From an uncultured bacterium (GTDB taxonomy: Bacteria; Bacillota; Clostridia; Oscillospirales; CAG-272), in assembly GCA_945920215.1 (NCBI GenBank), contig CAMEJM010000007.1, positions 598 to 64,597 of the forward strand: a stretch of DNA of 64,000 nucleotides. Direction: 5' to 3'. The translations under genes were made by a program, and so were the position numbers. Numbering within the stretch: the stretch's first letter is position 1; every line of letters begins with the position of its first letter. Below the pieces are notes generated by a model. The model saw only the letters and a list, made by a program, of their open reading frames with translations, did not search any database and was not told the DNA's origin. Positions 15,811 through 23,396 of this stretch are shown piece after piece.

Positions 15811-16572
15811 TCACTCTGCAAAATACACTTCGCATCCCAATCGTTTTTCTATGTTTGCCCAGTTCGCAAACTCGGAGCCACGATCACAGGTAATCGTTTT
15901 TACTAATTCGCTCGGAAAACGAGACAATATTTCCACAATTGCGTTTTCCATGGTGTCTGCTTTTCTGTCCGGGATTTTCACTGCTATGTAAAACCGTGTT
16001 TTTCGTTCTGCCAAGGTCGCAAAACAAGCTTTGCTCTTTCCTTGTCCGCTTACCACTGTATCCGCTTCCCAATGCCCCGCTTCTTTTCGGCTGTATACGC
16101 TCTTGTCTCTCTTCCGTATGGACTTCCCGAGATTGTATTTACCTCTGGTTTCTTTCCCCGCGTGTGTCTTTCCTTTTCTTCGGAGGACTTTCAGGTTCCC
16201 GTTCACCAAATACTTTTCGTATATCCATCGGTAGATGGTTCTCCATGAAGGTACCTTTACCGGTGCGGCTGCACACGCGATCTGTTCCGGCGACCATGTC
16301 GCTTTCAGTTTCTCGTTTATATATTGAATTGTCTCTTCGTTCCAATACATTCCTCGGTGACAGTATGAACGCCGTAGCATTTATTTCTTTTGTGCTGTAT
16401 GGGGATAGTAGCTCGGTATCTCATACATATGCGTGCAGTTCCGACGCAGTTCCCGTGACACCGTGCTCACGCTCCGCCCTATCATTTTCGCTATTTCTCT
16501 GTAACTGTATCCCTTTTTGTAATATTCCCGTAGACAACAACGCTCTTCTATGGTAAGATGTATATAGCTCAT
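15811..16572 (-). pseudogene. IS30-family transposase with an in-frame TAA and 3' truncation
   Basis: The HTH part MSYIHLTIEERCCLREYYKKGYSYREIAKMIGRSVSTVSRELRRN ends ..AQKK-TAA-MLRRSY in the same frame. The catalytic D (HWEADTV) and D (TCDRGSEF) are present, but the ORF stops at VYFAE before the third acidic residue. Confidence 0.8.
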
Positions 16573-16650
16573 ATCGCTTTTCCCCTGTTTCTTGTTTGTG
16601 TGGTAACTACATTATAACAGGTTTGCGGTATGAGTGTTTTCTTTTTTCAT

Positions 16651-16721
16651 GTGTTGCACTTGATAGTATAATTCACCGTTTTTTCTTTTTCCAAGTGTTG
16701 CACTTGATAGTATAATTCACC
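16651..16721. repeat. Two perfect 27-bp direct repeats (gtgttgcacttgatagtataattcacc), 17-bp spacer
   Basis: Copies at 16651-16677 and 16695-16721. A related copy gtgttgcacttcacttgacaattcac lies at 15789-14 in the same orientation. Confidence 0.9.
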
Positions 16722-16727
16722 CTGATT

Positions 16728-16757
16728 TAAAAAATGCCAGCACAAAAGTGCTGGCAT
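16728..16757 (-). terminator. Rho-independent terminator after the DUF4926 gene
   Basis: atgccagcac / gtgctggcat form a 10-bp stem with a 4-nt loop, followed by TTTTT on the minus strand. Confidence 0.7.
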
Positions 16758-16939
16758 TTCGATAAGATGATATGCATATCACAAATTAACATATTTGTCA
16801 ATAGGTTTTTGCAATAATTATTGAAAATCTATTGCAAATTTTGAAAAATATGATATAATAAGTATACGGTTAAGTGGTGTGCTTTGGCATATCACCCTGC
16901 ACCAGGAAGCTATTGGCGTAGTTTCTTGGTGCTTTCTTG

Positions 16940-17128
16940 TTATTTGTATGATTTGGCGAGTTCTATTACGTTTTTAGGAGTGGTAACTACATCGAGTGTG
17001 TCTCCGTCTTTGTTGAAAAACTCAACTTCATACATTGAATCGTCGTATTTGTGGACAATGGTTCCTTCTGTGCCCATAGGAAAGCCTTGGAACTCTCGAA
17101 CCAAACGCACAACATCTAATTCTTTCAT
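16940..17128 (-). CDS. DUF4926 domain protein (62 aa)
   Basis: MKELDVVRLVREFQGFPMGTEGTIVHKYDDSMYEVEFFNKDGDTLDVVT matches the family pattern. Start at ATG 17128 with an AAGGAGG SD. The longer ORF-track start overlaps the upstream gene. Confidence 0.7.
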   Translation of the reverse strand: MKELDVVRLVREFQGFPMGTEGTIVHKYDDSMYEVEFFNKDGDTLDVVTTPKNVIELAKSYK

Positions 17129-17138
17129 AAAAACCTCC

Positions 17139-17540
17139 TTAATCGGGATATACCGTAATAATCTTGTATGTGACATGACCGTGATCCTTTTGGATAACCA
17201 CGACCACTTTTGCCGATACGCTTTGTCCGTTTTTACCAACCAATGTAGTGTGATATGTGTGTTTCACTCCGTATTGCGTGGTTTCGGTTTTTGTTGGTGT
17301 CTTTACAAGGATTGACTTGGTCACATTTTCATGAAAGAGTTTGGAATCGCTTTGCGTATAGCCCAAAACATCTCTCATAAACTTCGCTTTAGCAGCACCA
17401 ACGGGATGATTGGGGTTCAGCAGGTATCCCTCCGTTTTTTGCTGACTGTATTGCAAGTCCGAAGTGTTTTTGATAGGTGCAGAACTGTTATTGTTTGCAC
17501 CTTTAGTGTTTGAATAATTTCCGGACATACCTGCGCCCAT
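17139..17540 (-). CDS. DUF6883 domain protein
   Basis: YLLNPNHPVGAAKAKFMRDVLGYT ... TQYGVKHTY...GKNGQS...VVVIQKD...ITVYP matches the family as I recall it. TAATG overlap with the upstream stop. Confidence 0.6.
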   Translation of the reverse strand: MGAGMSGNYSNTKGANNNSSAPIKNTSDLQYSQQKTEGYLLNPNHPVGAAKAKFMRDVLGYTQSDSKLFHENVTKSILVKTPTKTETTQYGVKHTYHTTLVGKNGQSVSAKVVVVIQKDHGHVTYKIITVYPD

Positions 17541-18211
17541 TATACCGCCCTCCTTCTCTTTGTTGAAGTCCAGTCGGGATAATTGACAAATTGTGTTCTG
17601 TTCTTAAATTCACCAAAGATACATTCGGGCATACCTCCGTATACAAGCACTACTTCCGGTGAGAGCTCATCAAGCATTGCAGACAATCCTTTACGGAAAT
17701 AATTCTTGTTTTCTCGGCTTTGAATACAACCGTATGTACCAATAGAAACAATACTGTTTTTCGGTGCGCCAAGAAATGCGAATTTTTCAGGCAACTCAAC
17801 TGTTGTAAAACTACGTTCATCTCCCCAACGGATATTCGGGATAACATACAATCCTCGGGATTGCAGATAATGTCCTACTGCACGGTTCATGTAGGTGTTT
17901 GCTATTTGCAAGCACAACGGCATATCGCGATACAGAGAGCAGTCTGGAGAAATGACCGCAGAGAAGCTCGAAAGCTCTGGAAGCAATTCTTTTGTACAGG
18001 TAAGTACATCAGAGAACCTCTTGTCGTGCTCATAAAAATGAACAGCCTCTGACTTAGTTTCGCTTCTTTTCATTTGTGTGAAGGGAATGAGTCCAGATGG
18101 AATAATGATTTCTTTGGGTTTCTCGATAATAGGAATTTCCAAGAGACCGTCAAAGAAAGCGTTGGAAACAAGTTCGGCATTAAAGCCGTCATCGATGATA
18201 GTTTTTGACAT
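17540..18211 (-). CDS. DUF4417 domain protein
   Basis: 223 aa containing VHFYEHDKRF..SPDCSLY.DMP...N.YMNRAVG.YLQSRG..VIPN.RWGDERS. This is family-level recognition only. Confidence 0.65.
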   Translation of the reverse strand: MSKTIIDDGFNAELVSNAFFDGLLEIPIIEKPKEIIIPSGLIPFTQMKRSETKSEAVHFYEHDKRFSDVLTCTKELLPELSSFSAVISPDCSLYRDMPLCLQIANTYMNRAVGHYLQSRGLYVIPNIRWGDERSFTTVELPEKFAFLGAPKNSIVSIGTYGCIQSRENKNYFRKGLSAMLDELSPEVVLVYGGMPECIFGEFKNRTQFVNYPDWTSTKRRRAV

Positions 18212-18423
18212 GTGTGTTTTAACCTTTCTCCTCGTAACGAGGCAATGTGATTTTGCTGTTAGTCAATAGTTAAGAAAGGGTAGGCTAAAACACTCGTTTC
18301 GGTTAAGTGGTGTGCTTTAGCATATCCTGTCTATATTGATTGTGTGAGATTCATCAAGCGTTGTTGGCGCAACCCTTGATATTGCGTAAAATCATAAGGC
18401 ATCACTCCTTTCAAAGTGCTATT

Positions 18424-18948
18424 TTAGTATGTTAATCTCTTTTTGGCTGCAGCATCTGATACTCCATATGTGTCCTTAAGTTGTTCGACTGTCATTCCTT
18501 TCGTCGCATCATATGGCATCATTACTTCTCCGGCAAGTGCCATAACAACCCATTCGAGACTTCGATATACGGGAATATCTTTTGTCAGTTGCCTCGAGAA
18601 AATCGGCTTGAATCCGAGTTTGTCCGCAAACACGTGCATGATCTCGTGTATGATATGCATTCGATGTCCGCCAGTTTTCTTCTCATGCGCACCGATGTAT
18701 ACGGTATCTTTGATTTGAATCAAATAGCCATCATCGGTTAGTATACATTGAGCAGGAACATTTTGGGGAAGTTCGTTTCCGTATACGATTTCGTATCGCA
18801 CATCTTCAAAACCTTTCAAATCAGGGAGTCTATCGAGAAGAACAATCGGGTCAATACATTCATCAGGAGTGAACCCGCAAATGGAACGGAACAGTAAGGC
18901 GTACAGCCGTAACTCTCTTCGGTTGGTGGCTTTGGTTTCGTAATCCAT
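18424..18948 (-). CDS. ImmA/IrrE-family zinc metallopeptidase
   Basis: HEIMH (HExxH) motif in a 174-aa protein. It overlaps the stop of the XRE gene (ATGA-type junction). Confidence 0.85.
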   Translation of the reverse strand: MDYETKATNRRELRLYALLFRSICGFTPDECIDPIVLLDRLPDLKGFEDVRYEIVYGNELPQNVPAQCILTDDGYLIQIKDTVYIGAHEKKTGGHRMHIIHEIMHVFADKLGFKPIFSRQLTKDIPVYRSLEWVVMALAGEVMMPYDATKGMTVEQLKDTYGVSDAAAKKRLTY

Positions 18949-19310
18949 TAACTATCCTCCCCGCCGAGAAGTTTGATGATGGCTGCTGCTGTGGCTTCAT
19001 CAAGATTCTCAAAAGAACGCTGAAACTGAACCGCCAATCTTCTTTGGGTGTTGTTCGCGGTTGTCAAATTGATTTTCATCTGCGTCTTAGAATGTTCAAC
19101 TGCGTCAATCAATTCTGCTTGTTCGATGGGTGATAAATTATAGTGTTCAATCAACACAGGAATCCATTCTTCAGGCACATTTCTCTTGCCACTTTCAACT
19201 GTCGAGATAAAAGGGAGTTTGACACCGAATAATTTAGCAGTATCTCCCATAACCTCGTGGTGTTTTATTCTTTGTATTCGCATGAATTCTCCGAATTTCG
19301 TATATCCCAT
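18948..19310 (-). CDS. XRE-family HTH transcriptional regulator (ImmR-like)
   Basis: FGEFMRIQRIKHHEVMGDTAKLFGVKLPFISTVESGKRNVP helix-turn-helix. It is paired with ImmA. Confidence 0.85.
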   Translation of the reverse strand: MGYTKFGEFMRIQRIKHHEVMGDTAKLFGVKLPFISTVESGKRNVPEEWIPVLIEHYNLSPIEQAELIDAVEHSKTQMKINLTTANNTQRRLAVQFQRSFENLDEATAAAIIKLLGGEDS

Positions 19311-19337
19311 AATAAATCTCCTTTCTCTGTTAGTAGT

Positions 19338-19366
19338 ATTATATCATATGTTTTTCAATTTGTCAA
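19338..19366 (-). promoter_or_regulatory. Consensus promoter for the immR-immA pair
   Basis: On the minus strand: TTGACA (19366-19361), 17 nt, TATAAT (19343-19338). Confidence 0.65.
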
Positions 19367-19451
19367 TAACTAATTTAATCAAAATTTGATTAAATATAAA
19401 AATGAATTAAAAATGTCGATTATCAAAAGCAGAGAACCGCCATTATTTTGT

Positions 19452-19677
19452 GTGAGCTTTTTGAGTTATATCGTTTACCTTGTAAACGGTTATATTGTTT
19501 ACGTTGCAAACAGTTATATTTTTGCCGGAGGCAAAAGTTGTATTATATTTGCCTTAACTTCTCTTTGAAAAAGAGAAATAAAACTTTGCGTAAGCAAAAT
19601 ATCACGCCGTAGGCATATCACTTGCCGTAAGGCAAATATAGCTGTGGCGTAGCGATAAATCCCTATCGCTACGCCAC
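19452..19677 (-). repeat. 226-bp modular multi-hairpin element, copy 1 (sense strand taken as minus, 3' of ruvX)
   Basis: It holds 8 short hairpins separated by (G)NNATAT-type spacers and capped by the 12-bp stem gtggcgtagcga/tcgctacgccac. It is the inverted homolog of 49380-49628. Confidence 0.85.
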
Positions 19678-19756
19678 TAACGCGCCGTCCTCTTTGATTT
19701 CGCCGTGCAGGAGGGGAAGCCGCCCTTACAGCGCGGCAAATCAAGTCTGCTTCCGC

Positions 19757-20185
19757 TCAGCCTCTGTTCCGCTCCCTGTCCATGAAATCCTGCAAAATGA
19801 TCTGCGCCGAAAGGGTATCCACCCGCTCCTTGCGCTTCTGACCGTGCGTGCCGGTCAGAGAAAGCATTTTATGCGCCTGCATGGTGGAAAGGCGCTCGTC
19901 AAAAAAGTGCAGCGGCAGGTCGGTATATTCGCGCAGCAGCTCCCCGAACGCTTTGACCGCCTCGGCACGGAACCCCTCGCTGCCGTCCATGTTGCGCGGG
20001 AGCCCGATGACGATCCCCGTCGCGCCCCGTTCCTTTGCCTCGCGCGCCACCCGCTCGGCGGTGTGGCGCATCCCCGACTCGCTGATATATCCGATCCCGC
20101 CCGCCAGCAGTCCCGACGCGTCCGAAATGGCAAGCCCGGTGCGCTTGTCGCCGTAATCGACCCCCAACAGTTTTCCCAGTTGCAT
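19757..20185 (-). CDS. ruvX: Holliday junction resolvase-like protein RuvX (YqgF)
   Basis: LGVDYGDKRTGLAISD..GIVIGLPRNMDGSEG....V..F; 142 aa from ATG 20185. Confidence 0.9.
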   Translation of the reverse strand: MQLGKLLGVDYGDKRTGLAISDASGLLAGGIGYISESGMRHTAERVAREAKERGATGIVIGLPRNMDGSEGFRAEAVKAFGELLREYTDLPLHFFDERLSTMQAHKMLSLTGTHGQKRKERVDTLSAQIILQDFMDRERNRG

Positions 20186-20352
20186 ATGACTCCCCCGCGC
20201 GGCTCGCGCCGCGATTTGGTATTTCCGAAATATCGAAAAAAGATTTCCGATATGTATTTTACCACATTTGCGCGGAGGTTTCCACACTTTTCTTGACACC
20301 CGCCGCACAAAGGTCTATAATCGGTGCATTCAAAGAAGAAAGCGAGACCGCC

Positions 20353-21207
20353 ATGACGGAACCGATATTGCTTTGCCCCGTGTGCCGTGCCGTCTTGGTG
20401 CGCACAGAGGGCGGATACCGCTGCCAAGCGGGTCACAACTTTGACCGGGCGCGGCAGGGATACACCAACCTGCTCACCGGGCGCGCGGCAGGACAGCACG
20501 GCGACAACGCGGACATGATCCGCGCCCGCCGCGATTTTCTGAACGGCGGCTACTATGCCCCCCTGCGGGACGCGTTGTGCCGGCTTGCCGAAGCCCTTTT
20601 CCCCGCGGAAGGCACCCTGATTGACGCCGGGTGCGGAGAATGCTATTACACCGACGGCGTGATGAACGCCCTCTCGGAAAAGCACGCGCGCGGAATCGGG
20701 CTGGATATTTCACGGGAGGCGCTGCGCGCTGCGGGCGCACGGCAATCCGTTCGGGAGGGGGCGCTGACCCTCTTTGCCGCGGGCGTGTACGATATGCCGC
20801 TGCGGGACGGCTGTGCGGATATGGTGCTGAACCTGTTCGCCCCGCTCGCGGACGCGGAATACCGGCGGGTACTGAAGCCCGACGGCGTGCTGCTCATGGC
20901 AATTCCCGCCGCGCGCCACCTGTGGGAATTGAAAGAGCTTCTGTATGATACGCCCTATGAAAACCAAGTCCGGGATTTCCGCCTGCCGGGTTTTGCACTG
21001 CTCTCCTCGCAAAAAATCATCGCACCGTTTACGCTGACCGACCGGGAAAGCGTCCGGGCGCTGTTCTCCATGACCCCGTATTGCTACCGCACCCCCGCCG
21101 CGGGTCGCGCAAGACTGGAAGCGTGCGAACGGCTCTCGGTCACGGCGGAGTTTCATTTGCTTGCATATCGCCTCGCCGATGAAAAATCCGTCAGTGCGGA
21201 GCCGTAA
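20353..21207 (+). CDS. rlmA: 23S rRNA (guanine-N1)-methyltransferase, RlmA family
   Basis: N-terminal Zn finger CPVC..RC..GH.FD.ARQGY.NLL, then ARRDFL..G.Y.PL and DAGCGECYYT (SAM motif I). Confidence 0.75.
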   Translation: MTEPILLCPVCRAVLVRTEGGYRCQAGHNFDRARQGYTNLLTGRAAGQHGDNADMIRARRDFLNGGYYAPLRDALCRLAEALFPAEGTLIDAGCGECYYTDGVMNALSEKHARGIGLDISREALRAAGARQSVREGALTLFAAGVYDMPLRDGCADMVLNLFAPLADAEYRRVLKPDGVLLMAIPAARHLWELKELLYDTPYENQVRDFRLPGFALLSSQKIIAPFTLTDRESVRALFSMTPYCYRTPAAGRARLEACERLSVTAEFHLLAYRLADEKSVSAEP

Positions 21208-21347
21208 GATCCTGTTTTGTTCCGCAACTGCAAAATCCGCCGCGCCACGCCCCTTGACACACGACCCGAATTGCGTTACAATAGATATTACAAAACGGCG
21301 ACCGCATAGCGGCTGACCGTCCTCTCTCTCTTTGGAAAGGGTGCGAC

Positions 21348-21653
21348 ATGAAAGACCTGCTTTTGAAAATCCGCGACAAGTTTGTTGCTTTCGGCATGAA
21401 GTTCGTTGCTTTCTTTGTGAAAGTCGGGCACTTCTTCCGCTGCTTCCCGCGCAACTTCGTCACCTTTTGGAAGAATTTCGGTATCGGTTTCTACCGTTTC
21501 TTCCGTTATCTGCCTCAGAACACCAAGCACTTCTTCCAAACCATGACCAAGGATAAGGCAATCGACCTGCTGATCGGTACCGGCGCCGTCGTCGTCTGGA
21601 GTATGCCGCTCGCGATCGTACTGTACGTGCTGATCTGGTTCCTCTCGAAATAA
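21348..21653 (+). CDS. Small hypothetical membrane protein (101 aa)
   Basis: C-terminal TM segment, its own terminator at 21712-21742, and a weak SD. No family recognised. Confidence 0.45.
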   Translation: MKDLLLKIRDKFVAFGMKFVAFFVKVGHFFRCFPRNFVTFWKNFGIGFYRFFRYLPQNTKHFFQTMTKDKAIDLLIGTGAVVVWSMPLAIVLYVLIWFLSK

Positions 21654-21711
21654 TTTCGAAAAGAATGGATATATTTCCATTTCCTCTGTAAGACGCCTTA
21701 CAAAAGCAAAA

Positions 21712-21742
21712 ACACCTGCGGAAAGCCCCGCGGGTGTTTTTA
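21712..21742 (+). terminator. Rho-independent terminator
   Basis: acacctgcgg / ccgcgggtgt stem (one G.U pair) followed by TTTTT. Confidence 0.75.
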
Positions 21743-21834
21743 TATCGGGGTGAATGATACTGTCAAGTACAACACTTGAAAAAGAAAACACCCATACCGC
21801 AAATCTGTTATCAGCAGTTGCGCCGTAAATAACC

Positions 21835-22236
21835 CCTCCGCTCCGGCTTATCCCGGTGCTCATCGAAAGAATTTCGCGCAAGACAAGGCGCACCGCAGAC
21901 GCCCTCCCGACGGCGTACATTCCTACGACGAGGGAGTAGGCGAGGAGCAACGCCTATTGCACCCTGCACCTCCGCTCCGGCTTATCCCGGTGCTCATCGA
22001 AAGAATTTCGCGCAAGACAAGGCGCACCGCAGACGCCCTCCCGACGGCGTACATTCCTACGACGAGGGAGTAGGCGAGGAGCAACGCCTATTGCACCCTG
22101 CACCTCCGCTCCGGCTTATCCCGGTGCTCATCGAAAGAATTTCGCGCAAGACAAGGCGCACCGCAGACGCCCTCCCGACGGCGTACATTCCTACGACGAG
22201 GGAGTAGGCGAGGAGCAACGCCGTATTGCGCGAAAT
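21835..22236. repeat. Tandem repeat, 3 x 134 bp
   Basis: Units start at 21835, 21969 and 22103 (cctccgctccggcttatcc...). Units 1 and 2 look identical by eye. Unit 3 diverges in its last ~13 nt as it runs into the queA 3' end. Confidence 0.9.
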
Positions 22237-23315
22237 TATTCGATGAGCATGGCGTCGCCGAAACTGAAGAAGCGATACCTCTCATCCACCGCTTCTTTGT
22301 AAGCGCGCATGATAAAATCTTTCCCCGCGAGCGCCGAAACCAACATCAGAAGCGTGGATTCCGGCAGATGGAAATTGGTAATCAAAGCGTCGATTGCCTT
22401 GAAGCGATACCCCGGATAAATGAAAATCTGCGTATTTCCGCTCATGGGACGCACCACTCCGTTTTCATCGGAAACGGATTCCAGCACCCGACAGGTCGTG
22501 GTACCGACCGACACAATTCTGCCGCCCGCGGCGCGGCGGCGGTTGATTTCGTCAGCCACTTCCGGCGTGATGCAGAAATGCTCTGCGTGCATCAGATGGT
22601 CCTCGATCCGCTCCACCTTGACAGGACGGAAAGTGCCCAGCCCCACGTGGAGAGTCACCTCACCGTACCCCACGCCCTTTTGCCGCAGCTCCGCAAGCAG
22701 CTCCTGTGTGAAATGCAGCCCCGCGGTGGGCGCGGCGGCGGAGCCTTCCTCCTTGGCATAGACCGTCTGGTAACGGTTTTTGTCCTCCAAACGGGTCTTG
22801 ATGTACGGCGGCAGAGGCATATTCCCCACTGCGTTCAGCACCTCGTAAATGTTGCGGTACGCATTCGTATCGTAGGTAAAGCGTACCGTGCGGTTGCCGT
22901 CCGGAAGTACCGCGGTCACCTCCGCGCGCAATACCTCCCCGAACACAAAACGGGCGCCCTCCTTGGCGCGTTTCCCGGGTCGCACCAGCGTCTCCCACTC
23001 GCCGCTCGGCAGCATTTTCAGGAGCAGCAGTTCCATCGGCGCGCCGTTCTTTTCACTCACGCCGAGCAAACGGGCGGGAATGACCTTGGAGGAGTTCACC
23101 ACCAGCATATCCTCCGGGCGCAGATATTCCACAACGTCGTGGAAGATCCGATGCTCGATTCGCCCGCTGTCGCGGTGCAGAACCATGAGTCGGCTTTGAT
23201 CGCGCTTTTCCGCCGGGGTTTGGGCAATCAGTTCCTCCGGCAGGTCATAAAAAAAGTCATGCGTGACAAGAGGCGTCGCCACACGTTCGTTGACAATATT
23301 TTTTTCTTCGTCCAT
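22236..23315 (-). CDS. queA: S-adenosylmethionine:tRNA ribosyltransferase-isomerase
   Basis: 359 aa containing [17 protein letters not shown] start, [31 protein letters not shown]. Confidence 0.95.
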   Translation of the reverse strand: MDEEKNIVNERVATPLVTHDFFYDLPEELIAQTPAEKRDQSRLMVLHRDSGRIEHRIFHDVVEYLRPEDMLVVNSSKVIPARLLGVSEKNGAPMELLLLKMLPSGEWETLVRPGKRAKEGARFVFGEVLRAEVTAVLPDGNRTVRFTYDTNAYRNIYEVLNAVGNMPLPPYIKTRLEDKNRYQTVYAKEEGSAAAPTAGLHFTQELLAELRQKGVGYGEVTLHVGLGTFRPVKVERIEDHLMHAEHFCITPEVADEINRRRAAGGRIVSVGTTTCRVLESVSDENGVVRPMSGNTQIFIYPGYRFKAIDALITNFHLPESTLLMLVSALAGKDFIMRAYKEAVDERYRFFSFGDAMLIE

Positions 23316-23396
23316 GTAAAATACCTTTTGGGCTTTCCCTCATATAATGGTACCAGTATACAATATCCCGTACAGAAATGCAAGACGAGGCAAGAC

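Larger units (their letters stand above)
15789..16721 (-). mobile_element. Degenerate IS30-family insertion sequence remnant
   Basis: A disrupted transposase gene is flanked by three same-orientation copies of a 26-27-bp end-like sequence. The GC content drops abruptly after the vat stop. Confidence 0.65.

Noticed and set aside
16651-16721. Possible mini-CRISPR (27-bp repeat, 17-bp spacer)
   Set aside because: There are only two tandem copies, the spacer is too short, and there are no cas genes. The context fits IS30 end sequences.
21835-22236. Hammerhead-like strings (CGATGAG on minus / CGAAAG on plus) in the 134-bp repeat; also considered a CRISPR array
   Set aside because: The two strings are complements of the same site rather than separate core elements, and there is no CUGAUGA...GAAAC arrangement. 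The repeat units are contiguous with no spacers and are far longer than CRISPR repeats.
22368-23396. N-terminal 343 aa of the 638-aa plus-strand ORF that ends as dapA
   Set aside because: This part is antisense to queA. The DapA homology begins at ATG 23397.
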